Below are positions 47,050 to 56,999 of a DNA stretch of 64,000 nucleotides, piece by piece. Location of the stretch: NCBI GenBank assembly GCA_963813815.1, contig CAWFAD010000008.1:16900-80899 (forward strand), in the 5' to 3' direction. The DNA is from an uncultured bacterium (GTDB taxonomy: Bacteria > Krumholzibacteriota > Krumholzibacteriia > Krumholzibacteriales > Krumholzibacteriaceae). The position numbers and the translations under genes are program-made. The notes under the pieces were generated by a model. The model saw only the letters and a program-made list of their open reading frames with translations. It was not told the origin of the DNA and searched no databases. Numbering within the stretch: the stretch's first letter is position 1; each line of letters begins with the position of its first letter.

Positions 47050-48183
47050 CTATTCGGGGGGAGCGCCGGCGAGCCCCCGCTCCGTGGTCAGGTACACGGC
47101 GAACGAGGCGAGCCAATGCCCGCCCTCGTAATGCTCGCCCGTCACGGCGCGCACGCCGGACGCGGCGTGGACCGCCGCCGCCGCGCGAAGGGCCGGAATC
47201 CGGATATCGTCCGGCGGAAGACCCCGGGCGATCCCCTCGAGCATCCAGGCGCGGCTCAGATTGAGGCCGTCGAGATGGACGAGCTTCCCGTCCGCCGGAT
47301 CGGTGACGGCGCCCGGCTCGAGCCAGTCGCCCCGGCCGTCGCGGGGGATCCCCGGGAGGAATGATTCGAGCCATTTCGCGTACTCCGACGGCTCGAGGAC
47401 CCGCCGCACGAGATCCGCCTCGGCAAGACAGGGGGAAAGAAAGTCCTCGCCCGATGGCTCATAGCCGAGAGGCGCATCTCGGTCGCCGAGAAAGAAATCC
47501 CTGACGCGCGACTCGATGAGCTCCTCCGCCTTCCGGTCGCCCGAAACGCGGGCCCAGTCGAGCGCGAGCCCGAGGGCGAAGGCCGTCTGGCTGTGCTCCC
47601 CCGAGCGAACCGGGCGGGTGAGCTTGGGAAGCCAGCTCCCGAGCCTCTCCATAGCGAGCTTCTCGAGCGGCGCGAGCGCCCTACCCCACTCCGCCGCCCG
47701 CGGATCGTCCCATTCCCTGAGCTCCGCGGCGAGCTGCAAAAGCCAGGCGAGGCCGTAGGGCCGCTCGAAAGAAGCGCGGTCCTCGGCGGAGAGATAAGCG
47801 ACCTCGGCGGCGATATTGCCGGAGGTCAGGCTTCGGCCCAGCGCTTCGCGGGCGGGCTCGACGAACGGAGCCCCGGGATAGAGACGCGCCAGCCGGACGA
47901 GGAGCCAGTGGCCGTGCACGGCGGAATGCCAGTCGTAGCAGCCGCAGAAGGCCGGCGTCAGCCGCCGCGGCGGAAGCGCGTCGGCGTCGCTCGCGAGGGT
48001 ATGGGCGATCTTGTTGGGATACTCCTGATGGACGCACTTCATGGCCAGCGCGGCGAAGCGGCCGGCCGCCGCCTCGTCGAGGCGGCGATTGTCCCCGCCC
48101 GCCGGACGAATCGATGACGACCAAAGAACAATTATCGCGACCGCTCCCGCGGCGAGGAGGATCGATGCCCGCGCGATTCCCAT
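47050..48183 (-). CDS. DUF2891 family protein
   Basis: EYPNK, GCYDWHSAVHGHW, FERPYG and HLDGLNLSRAW motifs. Confidence 0.88.
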   Translation of the reverse strand: MGIARASILLAAGAVAIIVLWSSSIRPAGGDNRRLDEAAAGRFAALAMKCVHQEYPNKIAHTLASDADALPPRRLTPAFCGCYDWHSAVHGHWLLVRLARLYPGAPFVEPAREALGRSLTSGNIAAEVAYLSAEDRASFERPYGLAWLLQLAAELREWDDPRAAEWGRALAPLEKLAMERLGSWLPKLTRPVRSGEHSQTAFALGLALDWARVSGDRKAEELIESRVRDFFLGDRDAPLGYEPSGEDFLSPCLAEADLVRRVLEPSEYAKWLESFLPGIPRDGRGDWLEPGAVTDPADGKLVHLDGLNLSRAWMLEGIARGLPPDDIRIPALRAAAAVHAASGVRAVTGEHYEGGHWLASFAVYLTTERGLAGAPPE

Positions 48184-48393
48184 GAATGGATAGTAGTCCC
48201 ACGCGGCGGAATAAAATCAAGCGGAGGAAAAGACAATTGACGCGGGAGGGCGTTTTGCTGTACGATTTCGCCCGAGCTTGCGAGTTTTTCGAAATCCTAG
48301 GGGTTGCAGTTAGCTCTTATTCCAGACAATGATTTCCTTCGCCATTTCCATGTGGACGAATGCATCCATTTCTTACGCCCGGAGGTGCGGTGA

Positions 48394-49003
48394 ATGCAGG
48401 GTGGCTTGAAACGCATAGCCGTCTTGAGCGTGGTCGTGGTCGTGGTCGTGGCCGTCGCCTACATCCTCGGATCGGCGACCGGCGCTTACCTGAGAGGCGG
48501 GAGCAGAGCAAAATCGAAAATGATGTATCGCAAAGAGGCAGGCCGACACGAGGGCGATGGCCGAGAGCACGGCGGCTGATAAGGTTGGAGCCGTTCTCCC
48601 CAATCATGTTTTCTCCGATCTCGACGGCAATCCCGTCACGCTCGCCGAGGTTCTCACGAAAAAAACGGTGCTGACCGTCTTCTCGGCGAACTGCGATTAC
48701 TGCAAGGAAGAGATGGATCTAGTCCTGCGGCTCGCCGAAAACGACGGCGACTGGAAGACATTCGTCTTCATATCGGGCGACAGCACGCAGGCTCTTCGGG
48801 CGATGCGCGACACGCTGGATTCGAGGATGCGAATCCTCTACGACAAGGACTTCAAGTTCGCCTCGTCCTTCTTTGGCTTCGTGCCCTTCCCCTTCACGAT
48901 CATCACGGACAACACGGGAACGGTTCTGGATTTCATGGTTGGCACGCTCGTCGAGAGAGAGATAAAGGACATTCTCGCCTTCAACAGAAAACAGAAGGAT
49001 TGA
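48394..49003 (+). CDS. membrane-anchored TlpA/thioredoxin-like protein, split by a +1 frameshift near 48500-48556
   Basis: TM anchor ORF (48394-48579) overlaps the catalytic ORF (48557-49003) with DLDG, CDYC and cis-Pro-loop-like PFPFT. Confidence 0.75.
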
Positions 49004-49067
49004 TCGATGAAATCCGATGGCTCCGGCGTCATGGTACAAGGCTGCAAAGCGGAAGGGAGGTGATTTC

Positions 49068-49319
49068 ATGAAGAGCAATTTCCTGGCGATGTTGGCCCTG
49101 GCGTTTCTTTTTGCATTCGTGTTCTCCTTGGCAATGACATTCGCTGTGGATCTGAAGGCAAAAGATCCCTACTTTTGCGGCGGCTGCTGCTATATCCCGG
49201 CAAAGGTGAGGTGCACCGCGGGATGGGGGCGGCTGATTGACAACAAGTGCGACTGCAGAATAATCATCTGCCCGGCAATCGACCCGCCGTGCAGGTACGT
49301 GTGCCCGGTTTGCGGTTAG
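49068..49319 (+). CDS. secreted 10-Cys peptide 1
   Basis: RBS GGAGGTG; hydrophobic leader; CGGCC...CRYVCPVCG. Confidence 0.8.
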   Translation: MKSNFLAMLALAFLFAFVFSLAMTFAVDLKAKDPYFCGGCCYIPAKVRCTAGWGRLIDNKCDCRIIICPAIDPPCRYVCPVCG

Positions 49320-49413
49320 CATCTCAATCGACAGCGGCTCACGCCTGACGCCGGAGCCGGAGGATAGAGGGGTCCCATCCGAGAACGCGAAAGACTCGAG
49401 GGGAGGTGATTTC

Positions 49414-49662
49414 ATGAAGCGTTACCTTCCGACAATGCTGGCCCTGCTGTTCCTGTTCGTGTTCGTGTTCTCAGTGGCCGCGGCGATCACCGGAGAGCTG
49501 ACCGCCGCGACGACGTACAAGTGCGGCGCGTGCTGCTACAAGCCGCCGACGACCAATTGCACCGCGGAGTATGGGCAATTGATCACCGGTATGGGCTGCA
49601 GCTGCAACGCCGTCGTGTGCTACCCGACGAAGTGCGTCTTCATCTGCAAGAGCTGCAGCTGA
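49414..49662 (+). CDS. secreted 10-Cys peptide 2 (paralog)
   Basis: Same GGGAGGTGATTTCATGAAG start context; CGACC...CVFICKSCS. Confidence 0.8.
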   Translation: MKRYLPTMLALLFLFVFVFSVAAAITGELTAATTYKCGACCYKPPTTNCTAEYGQLITGMGCSCNAVVCYPTKCVFICKSCS

Positions 49663-49746
49663 GAGTTCGCTGCGACGTTCGATCATGGGCGGCGCCGGAG
49701 CCCGGCCGATGCGATCGGCCCCAAGGTTCCGGCGCCGCCGTCTCTC

Positions 49747-51039
49747 ATGGGAGGTTCGCGTACGTTGTTTTCCATTCGCCGGTCCGCCTGCTTCGCGGCC
49801 GCAGCGGCGGCCGCGCTCGCGCTCGCGTGGCGCTCCGAAGCGGCCGCTCAGACCGCGTGCGCCGAGGACTCGCTCCTCCAGGCGGGAGCGTCGAAGGTGT
49901 ACCTCGACCTGCCCGAGAAGTATCACGACTACATCAAGGCCGAGATCCCGTGGGTGAACTACGTTCGGGACCGCCATCTCGCCGACGTACAGATCCTCCT
50001 CACGAAAGAGACCACGGGAAGCGGGGGCGACGAGTTCACGCTGACGCTCTTCGGGCGCGGCGAGTTCGATGGGGTGAACGACACGCTCGTTTTTTCACTG
50101 GAGCCCTCGTACACGGAGGACGCGGCGCGGAGCGCCATCGTCACGCATCTCGAGCGGGGTCTCGTGCGGTACGTCGAAAAGACGCCGGTCGCGGACTATC
50201 TCGATATTTCCTACACGAGGCGGTCCGCCCCCGAGGCGATGCGGGACCGATGGGATTACTGGGTATTCGCCGTGAGCGCGCAGGGATGGGCGCAGGGAGA
50301 GAAGAGCTACGACAACGCCTATCTCTGGAGCACCGTGAGCGCCGACCGAGTCACCTCGTCGCTCAAGATCGGTCTCGATCTCGGCTCGAGCTATAACGAG
50401 AGCGCTTTCGACGTGGGCGGGGCGACGATCACGAGCATCTCGCGATCGCATTACCTGAGCGGCACCGCCGTCAAGAGCGCCGGGGAACACTGGTCGTACG
50501 GGATCTTCACGGGGCTCAGCTCGTCGTCGTACGGCAATACCGATCTCGAGCTCTACGCGGGCCCCGCGGTCGAGTACAACGTCTTCCCGTACTCCGAGTA
50601 CACGCGGCGGGAGCTCCGCGTCCTCTACCGCATTCTCTACTATCACGATCGTTATCTGGAAGAAACGATATACGGCTTCACCGAGGAGGACCGCCTCAAG
50701 GAGCGCCTCTCGATCGAGTACGTGGCCAAGGAGCCGTGGGGCTCGATCTCGGCGAGCGTCCTCGGATCCCACTACCTTCATGACTTCGACAAGAACCGGC
50801 TGACCTTCACCTGCGATCTATCCCTGCTCATCGTCCGCGGGCTTTCGCTCACGCTCGCCGGGAGCGCTTCGTTGATCCACGATCTCCTCTCTCCCGCGAA
50901 GGGCGAGGCGAGCACGGAAGAGCTCCTCCTCCGCCAGCAGCTGCTCGACACCCAGTACACCTACTACGTTTCGTTCGGGTTCCAGTACTCGTTCGGCTCG
51001 ATCTACACCAACGTGGTCAATCCGCGCTTCGGGGGCTGA
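49747..51039 (+). CDS. probable outer-membrane beta-barrel protein
   Basis: Signal peptide, aromatic amphipathic strands, C-terminal YSFGSIYTNVVNPRF. Confidence 0.7.
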   Translation: MGGSRTLFSIRRSACFAAAAAAALALAWRSEAAAQTACAEDSLLQAGASKVYLDLPEKYHDYIKAEIPWVNYVRDRHLADVQILLTKETTGSGGDEFTLTLFGRGEFDGVNDTLVFSLEPSYTEDAARSAIVTHLERGLVRYVEKTPVADYLDISYTRRSAPEAMRDRWDYWVFAVSAQGWAQGEKSYDNAYLWSTVSADRVTSSLKIGLDLGSSYNESAFDVGGATITSISRSHYLSGTAVKSAGEHWSYGIFTGLSSSSYGNTDLELYAGPAVEYNVFPYSEYTRRELRVLYRILYYHDRYLEETIYGFTEEDRLKERLSIEYVAKEPWGSISASVLGSHYLHDFDKNRLTFTCDLSLLIVRGLSLTLAGSASLIHDLLSPAKGEASTEELLLRQQLLDTQYTYYVSFGFQYSFGSIYTNVVNPRFGG

Positions 51040-52281
51040 CGGCGGCCGAGCAGCCACACGAAGCCGGCCGCCGCGAGGGCGAGGACGAGGGGCTCGATCG
51101 GTATCCTATAGCGGATGGCGGAAGTGAAAACTGCGTGAACCGCCGTCTGGCTCGCGATGAGGATGACGAAGAGCAGGGTCGCGCCCCGCCGCCATCCGCG
51201 CCGCGCGGCATGAAGCGCCGCCAGCGGCAGGGCGACGCCGAAGCTCCCGATGGTCAGGAGACTCTGCCAGAGCGGAACCCGCGGGGAGTATACCTTCCAG
51301 AGCTGCCCGAGCCGCACGGCGCAGAGCTCGAGAAAGCGGCCGGGATGCGAGCGGATGAACGCCGCGGCGTCCGCCTGATACAGCCTGCCGCGCTGCGCCT
51401 CGTTGGGGTGCAGTTCGCGCGGGTGGATGAGGGACAGCTCTTCGCTGAACAGTCGAAAATCATGGCTCAGGATCCCCGTGGCCCGCGGATTATTCCCGAT
51501 GTAGAGCTCGATCCCTCCCCCCGTCGAGGCCGGCACGAACTCGCCCTGAAGACGCGCGTTTCTCGCGGCCCACGGCGCGAGCACGGCGGCGAACGCGATG
51601 CACGCGAGCGCCGCGGCCTCGATGCGACGCCGCCGGCCCGGCGCGACGAGGAGTATCCAGAGAACGATCCCCGGCACGAACGCCAAGCCGGTCGGCCGGC
51701 AAGAGCGCGCCCGCCCCGCCGAAGAGACCGGCGAGGGCATACCAGCGGAGCGAATTTCTCCGCCATCCCTCGACGAGGGCCCAGGCGAGCAGCCCCGTCG
51801 CCGTCGCGCTCGATAGGTCCGTGAGGAGGTCGCCGCCGTACCGCACCCAGTTCGGAAAAACCGCGGCGGCGAGGGCGCATATCATCCCCGCTCGCCTGTC
51901 GGCGAGGGCGCGCCCGAGGAGATAGCAGACCGGCACGAGAAGAGCGCCCAGCACGCACATGAGGACGCGGCCCCAAACGACGCTGGGTCCCGTAAAGTAA
52001 AAGAGCGCGGCCAGAACGAGGGGCACGCCGGGGGTTCGAGCCGAGCTCGGCCGTCCGTCCGCGCCGGCGACGCCTCGTCCTTCGACGAGACTCACCGCGC
52101 GCGCGTAGTAGTCCGGCTCGTCCCCGTCGAGCGGGCGATCGAGCCCCCCCGCCACCCACTCGGCGGCGGCGATGCGGAGAATAACCGCGACGAGGAAGAC
52201 GCCCGCAAGGAGCACAGGGACGCGCGAGCGCGGGGACGGCGCGCGGGCCGCCGCGCCGAGATCAGGCGATGTGCCGCTCAT
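51003..52281 (-). CDS. GT-C (ArnT-like) glycosyltransferase with +1 frameshift at ~51701
   Basis: GDEPDY and RTPG in ORF 51490-52281; CRPT, PWAARN, LYIGNNP and RYRIP in ORF 51003-51740. Removing one base gives GALCRPTG. Confidence 0.8.
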
Positions 52282-53017
52282 TGCGTTTCTCCGGCCATAC
52301 CCGGCACTTCAGAAGACACCAGACCGCCTCGAAAAAATCACGATAGCCGATCTTCTTTCCCTCGGCGGCCGTCCGGTAGCGGTACGTTATCGGCACCTCT
52401 ATGATCCGATGCCCGCGCCGGATCACTCTCGCCGTGACCTCCGGGCAAAACTCGAACCGCCGGCACTCGAGGCCGATGTCCTTGAGGAGCGAGGTCCGAA
52501 ACGCCTTGTAGCACGTAGCCTCGTCCGTCACCCGTTGCAGGTACAGCACCCTCACGAGGAGATTCAGAGACAGCACCCCGATCTTGAACTTCGTGAAGGG
52601 GAGGTCGTTTTTCTTGCTGATGTAGCGCGAGCCGTAGACGACGTCGCTGTAGCCTTTGCGGATGATCTCCACGAGGAGCGGATAATCGTTCGGATTGTAT
52701 TCGAGATCGGCGTCCTGAACGATGCACACGTCGCCGCGCGCGTGCGCGATGGCCGTCCGAATGGCGGCGCCCTTCCCGAGGTTGCGCTCGTGCCGGAGGA
52801 TCGTGTAGCCGGGTCGCCCGGCGTACTCGGCGAGTATCTCGCCCGTGCCGTCGGTGCTCCCGTCGTCCACGACGATAACTTGTTTCTCGTAGGGGGCCGC
52901 CTCGACGCGGGACAGCAGCTCCCGAATCGTGCGCGCCTCGTTGAACGCCGGAACGAGCACGGACAGCAGGAAATTCTCCTCGATGGCGCGCGACACGGTT
53001 TTTCCTTTGCCGTTCAT
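52262..53017 (-). CDS. GT2 polyprenol-phosphate glycosyltransferase (DPM1-like)
   Basis: VPAFNE, VDDGSTD, GKGAA, QDADLEY and YGSR motifs. Confidence 0.92.
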   Translation of the reverse strand: MNGKGKTVSRAIEENFLLSVLVPAFNEARTIRELLSRVEAAPYEKQVIVVDDGSTDGTGEILAEYAGRPGYTILRHERNLGKGAAIRTAIAHARGDVCIVQDADLEYNPNDYPLLVEIIRKGYSDVVYGSRYISKKNDLPFTKFKIGVLSLNLLVRVLYLQRVTDEATCYKAFRTSLLKDIGLECRRFEFCPEVTARVIRRGHRIIEVPITYRYRTAAEGKKIGYRDFFEAVWCLLKCRVWPEKRNERHIA

Positions 53018-53021
53018 GATA

Positions 53022-53861
53022 TCAGTTGAGCGGGATCGTCATGCCGACGGAGAGCGACACGTCCGGCGACGAATCGGAGAGCCCGATCATCGCCGTTCCG
53101 CCGGCGCCGCGGCCTCCGCTCAGGAGGTAATTGAAACCGACGCCGATCTGGCGCGGCGGCTCCACGCCGGACACGATCTCGGTGCACGAGAGATAGATGA
53201 CGCTCGCGAGCGCTTTGCCGCCGTCGAAAGACCGGCCGAGACTCGCGCTGAGGGAAAGAGGATTCTCGAAGTCGGTATCCGGCAAATCGCCGAGCGCCCA
53301 GTACACCGCCTCGACGAGCAGGAGCGTGCTCCCCGCCGCCTTGGCGAGGGAGATCCCCGCGCCGTAATCCCACTCCCCCGTACCGAGGCCGCTCGACGTA
53401 TCCGCGAAGGGGATCTTCGCCTCTCCGATGAGCGTCACGACCGGGAGATGCTCGTGCGGGCCGATCGCCTCGATATCCACTCTCGCTATCGGATCGCCGA
53501 TGCCGTACACGCCCTCGCTCTCGCTCGTTTGATCGCTCCGGAGATAGACGCTCGCGCTCGACGCGTCGACTTCTCCCCGGGGAATCACTCCGGCGCCCGT
53601 CGTGGATACCCAAGAAGTGCTCTGCGCGATCAGCGGAAACCCCAACGAAACCCTGACCGGGTGTACGGAAAGGTTCAATTCGTTGAGAAAACTGAACCCC
53701 GTGGTGCGCTCCGTGAGGCCGTACGTGCCGGAGCTCAGGAGCACCGATCCGGCGTAGGCGAGATCGGCCGCGCGAACCGGAAATGCGGCGACCGAGACCG
53801 CCATCGCGATCCCGGCCGCCCATTTCACCAAATCAGAAGCTCTATCTTCGATTCGAAGCAC
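53022..53861 (-). CDS. probable outer-membrane barrel or transporter-like protein
   Basis: Signal peptide; GIGD and KIPFAD...GLGTGEWDYG motifs. Confidence 0.65.
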   Translation of the reverse strand: MLRIEDRASDLVKWAAGIAMAVSVAAFPVRAADLAYAGSVLLSSGTYGLTERTTGFSFLNELNLSVHPVRVSLGFPLIAQSTSWVSTTGAGVIPRGEVDASSASVYLRSDQTSESEGVYGIGDPIARVDIEAIGPHEHLPVVTLIGEAKIPFADTSSGLGTGEWDYGAGISLAKAAGSTLLLVEAVYWALGDLPDTDFENPLSLSASLGRSFDGGKALASVIYLSCTEIVSGVEPPRQIGVGFNYLLSGGRGAGGTAMIGLSDSSPDVSLSVGMTIPLN

Positions 53862-53865
53862 GCCG

Positions 53866-54429
53866 TTACTCTGTCGTTTCGGCCTGCCCGAGGCGCTTGT
53901 TCATGCGCTCCATGATCGTGAGCATGTTCTCCACGCTCTCGCCCATGTTCTTGAAGCTCTCGTTGAGCTGGAACATTTCCTGTTCCATGCGCGGGTCGGA
54001 AACCATTTCCTTTTTCTGTATCATCTTCTGGAGCTTTTCCATGGACTTTTTCATGTCCTTGGTCATGGTTCCGACCGACTTGTTCAGGCCTTCCATAAGG
54101 CGCAGCTGCTCCCGCACGCGCACCTGATTCCTCTGGGGGTTCTCGGCCATCTCGTTGCCGAGATTGTTGACGCGCAGTTGCAGGCGGTTCGCGTACTCCA
54201 TCATCTCCTGGTTGCGCTTCATCTGCTGCTGCATGAGCTGCTGGTTCTTCTGGAGCATCTGCTGCTGCATCTGTTGCTGCTGCTGTTGCTGCATCTGCTG
54301 TTGCTGCTGCATCTGCTGCTGCATTTGCTGCTGCTGCTGTCCGCCCTGCTGGGCGAAAAGCGCGGTTGCCGCCGCGGCCAGAACGATCGCGACGACAAAG
54401 ACTGCGATGACTGCCTTTGACAGCTTCAC
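53866..54429 (-). CDS. secreted Gln/Met-rich coiled-coil protein
   Basis: RBS AAGGAGG with GTG start; signal peptide; poly-Q/M tract. Confidence 0.78.
   Translation of the reverse strand: MKLSKAVIAVFVVAIVLAAAATALFAQQGGQQQQQMQQQMQQQQQMQQQQQQQMQQQMLQKNQQLMQQQMKRNQEMMEYANRLQLRVNNLGNEMAENPQRNQVRVREQLRLMEGLNKSVGTMTKDMKKSMEKLQKMIQKKEMVSDPRMEQEMFQLNESFKNMGESVENMLTIMERMNKRLGQAETTE
54220..54350 (-). repeat. imperfect CAG trinucleotide repeat encoding poly-Gln
   Basis: CTG/TTG runs on the plus strand. Confidence 0.85.
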
Positions 54430-54477
54430 TTGGCACCTCCTTGTGCACAAACCCCTATCGGACACAACCGGAAATTC

Positions 54478-54493
54478 GCATAAAACATGCCCA
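54478..54493 (-). promoter_or_regulatory. possible sigma-54 promoter
   Basis: Minus strand TGGGCATGTTTTATGC = GG-N10-GC, about 50 bp before the start codon. Confidence 0.45.
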
Positions 54494-54585
54494 ACATCTT
54501 CTCCCCTAGCGCCTGCGGGGAATTGTACGCCATCGACGACCCGCAATCCAGCACCAATAATAGCGCACGCGGAAACGGGCGGCTC

Positions 54586-55680
54586 TCAAACGTTGAATCT
54601 GAAATCGATGATGTCGCCGTCCCGGACGACGTAGTGCTTTCCCTCGAGACGCAGCAATCCCTTCGAGCGAGCCACGGAGAGGCTCCCGGCCTCGACGAAA
54701 TCGTCGTAGGAGACGACCTCCGCGCGGATGAAGCCCCGCTCGATGTCGGAGTGGATCTTTCCGGCGGCCAGCCGCGCCGGCACTCCCTTTCTCACCGTCC
54801 AGGCGCGCACCTCGTCCTCGCCGACCGTCAGGAAGGAGACGAGCCCGAGCATGTCGTACGACTCGCGGATCATGCGCTCACGCGCCGAGACGGCGACGCC
54901 GAGGTCCTTCAGAAAAACCGCGGCGTCCTCGGGGGGGAGCTGGGATATTTCCATCTCGATCTTCCCCGAGAGAACGATCGGGTCGACGGGCGCGTCCGTA
55001 AAGCGGGCGGTCCTGCCTCGAATCGCCGCGCGCCAGGCGTCGCTCTTCGCGCTCGAGAGATCCTCCTCGGCGACGTTGATGACCGCCATCACGGGGAGCA
55101 TCGATATGAAATCGAGGTGCCGCAGGGCGGCCCGTTCCGCCTCGTCGAGCGCGAGATAGCGGAGCGGCATCTCCCGCTCGAGCGCGTCCCGGCACGTGCG
55201 GACGGCGGCCTCTTCCTCGCGTCTCGCGGGCTTCCCTTTTCTCGCGGATTCCTCCATGGCGGCAATGCGCTTCTCGGCGAGGTCGAGATCGAAGAGCACG
55301 AGCTCGGCTTCGAGCGTATCGAAGTCGCGGACCGGATCGACGGCGCCGAGGGGATGCGCCACGTGCTCCCCCTCGAACCCGCGGAGCACGTACACGAGCG
55401 CGTCCGCGTCCTTGATGAAGCCGATGACCTTCCGGTTCTGCTCGGCGTCTCCCCGCGAGAGCCCGAGGTAATCCATGTATTCGACCCGGGTGCGGGTCGT
55501 CTTCTTCGGCTTGAAAATCTTGGCGAGCTCGTCGATGCGCCGGTCGGGCACGCTGATGACGGCCACGTTGGGCCCCTCCTCGATCGCCGCGTAGTTCGTC
55601 GTCGCGGCCGCCTGGCCGGTCAGGCTGTTGAAGAGGGTCGTCCGACCCGAATTCGAGATGCCCACGAGCGCGAGCTTCAT
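54586..55680 (-). CDS. ychF: YchF/Obg-family ATPase (divergent)
   Basis: VPDRRID, NVAE, FLTVGEDEVRAW, AGKIHSDIERGFIRAE, LEGKHYVVRDGD and FRFNV. Confidence 0.88.
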   Translation of the reverse strand: MKLALVGISNSGRTTLFNSLTGQAAATTNYAAIEEGPNVAVISVPDRRIDELAKIFKPKKTTRTRVEYMDYLGLSRGDAEQNRKVIGFIKDADALVYVLRGFEGEHVAHPLGAVDPVRDFDTLEAELVLFDLDLAEKRIAAMEESARKGKPARREEEAAVRTCRDALEREMPLRYLALDEAERAALRHLDFISMLPVMAVINVAEEDLSSAKSDAWRAAIRGRTARFTDAPVDPIVLSGKIEMEISQLPPEDAAVFLKDLGVAVSARERMIRESYDMLGLVSFLTVGEDEVRAWTVRKGVPARLAAGKIHSDIERGFIRAEVVSYDDFVEAGSLSVARSKGLLRLEGKHYVVRDGDIIDFRFNV

Positions 55681-55809
55681 GACGTCTTTCTCCCGGGGAC
55701 TCCGGAAACGACGAGCCGAGAGATTCTCCATCGGCCCTAAAATACTGAAATCTAACTTCTTTTTCGGAATTCGCAAGCGTTAAGGAAGGCCGCTTCGGGC
55801 GGAGCGGGG

Positions 55810-56997
55810 CTATCCTCCCGACCGTTTTCTCTTGCGGGCGAGAAGCGTCTGGTAGGCCTCGCCGACCCGCCGCGCGACGCTCTCGATGCCGAAACGCTCC
55901 TCGGCTACGGCCGCGGCCGCGGCCCCGAGGGAGCCCCGGAGCGCGGAATCTCCGAGAAGCCGGGATATCGCGTCCGCCGCCGCGACGGGGTCGCCCGGCG
56001 GCACTAGAATGCCGGTCTCGCCGTCCGTGATCGCGTCGGGTATCCCCCCGACGGAGGTCGCGACGATCGCCTTCCCAGCCGCCATCGCCTCGAGGAGCGA
56101 CACGGGAAGGCCTTCCCGGATGGAGGTCAGCGCGAACACGTCGGCCGCCGCCAGAAAATCGGGAATATCGGTCCGGGCGCCGGCGAGAGCGACGGCGCCG
56201 GCGGCGCCGAACCGCTCGATCGCGGCCACCGCGTCGTCCCTCGCGCTCCCCTCGCCGACAATGAGGCACCGCGCGTCGGGGAACCGAGAACGCAGCAGAG
56301 AAACCGCCTCCACGAGGGTCGCGTAGCTCTTCGCCGGCACGAGGCGGCCGACCGCGAGCACGAGCCGGTCATTCGGCTCCCAGCCGAACTCGGCCATGAC
56401 GTCCGCCTTGCCGCGCAGCGTCTTCCGGACGGAGGCCGAATCGACGCCGTTCGGAATGTACGCGAGCTTGTCCGGGGGCGTGCCCTCGCGGCGGCGCCGG
56501 ATCTCGATGATGTCGCGGCTCACGCAGATCCTGAGATCGGTCGCGGGCATGAGGAGCCGCTCGAGGAGAAGGTGCGGTTTCGATTTCCAGAGGTGCTTTC
56601 CGTGCTCGGTCGTGACGACGACGGGGACTCGAGCGATCGCTCCCGCGATTCGTCCCAGCACGTCCGCGAGCGAGAGATGGCAGTGCAGAACGTCGAATCG
56701 CCCGCGCTCGAGGTAACGAGCGAGCCGCAGGAGAGCGAACGGCAGGCTTCTCATGCGGAATTGAAGAACCTCATAGCCGTCCGCGAGCTCGCGCGCCCGC
56801 CTCTCCCACTCGGGGTCGCCCACCTTGAGGCAGCAGAGCGACACGTCGAACCGCGATCGATCGAGCCGCTCGAGGAGCTGCATGACGTGCGTCTCCGCTC
56901 CCCCGATACCGAGCCGCGGCAGGAGCAGGCACACGCGGATTTTTCCGGCGGCGGGGTCCTCCGGCATCGAATCCTTCATTCGTCGTTCGAGAGACAA
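55810..56997 (-). CDS. GT4 glycosyltransferase
   Basis: GGAE, IPNGVD, VGRL..K and EGLPVSLLEAMA motifs. Confidence 0.92.
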   Translation of the reverse strand: MSLERRMKDSMPEDPAAGKIRVCLLLPRLGIGGAETHVMQLLERLDRSRFDVSLCCLKVGDPEWERRARELADGYEVLQFRMRSLPFALLRLARYLERGRFDVLHCHLSLADVLGRIAGAIARVPVVVTTEHGKHLWKSKPHLLLERLLMPATDLRICVSRDIIEIRRRREGTPPDKLAYIPNGVDSASVRKTLRGKADVMAEFGWEPNDRLVLAVGRLVPAKSYATLVEAVSLLRSRFPDARCLIVGEGSARDDAVAAIERFGAAGAVALAGARTDIPDFLAAADVFALTSIREGLPVSLLEAMAAGKAIVATSVGGIPDAITDGETGILVPPGDPVAAADAISRLLGDSALRGSLGAAAAAVAEERFGIESVARRVGEAYQTLLARKRKRSGG

Positions 56998-56999
56998 TA

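Noticed and set aside
48500-48580. Programmed frameshift in the TlpA-like gene
   Set aside because: No clear slippery heptamer or stimulatory structure, and similar indels elsewhere suggest assembly error.
54155-54634. Poly-Cys and poly-Leu ORFs on the plus strand
   Set aside because: Antisense reading of the CAG repeat of the Gln-rich gene.
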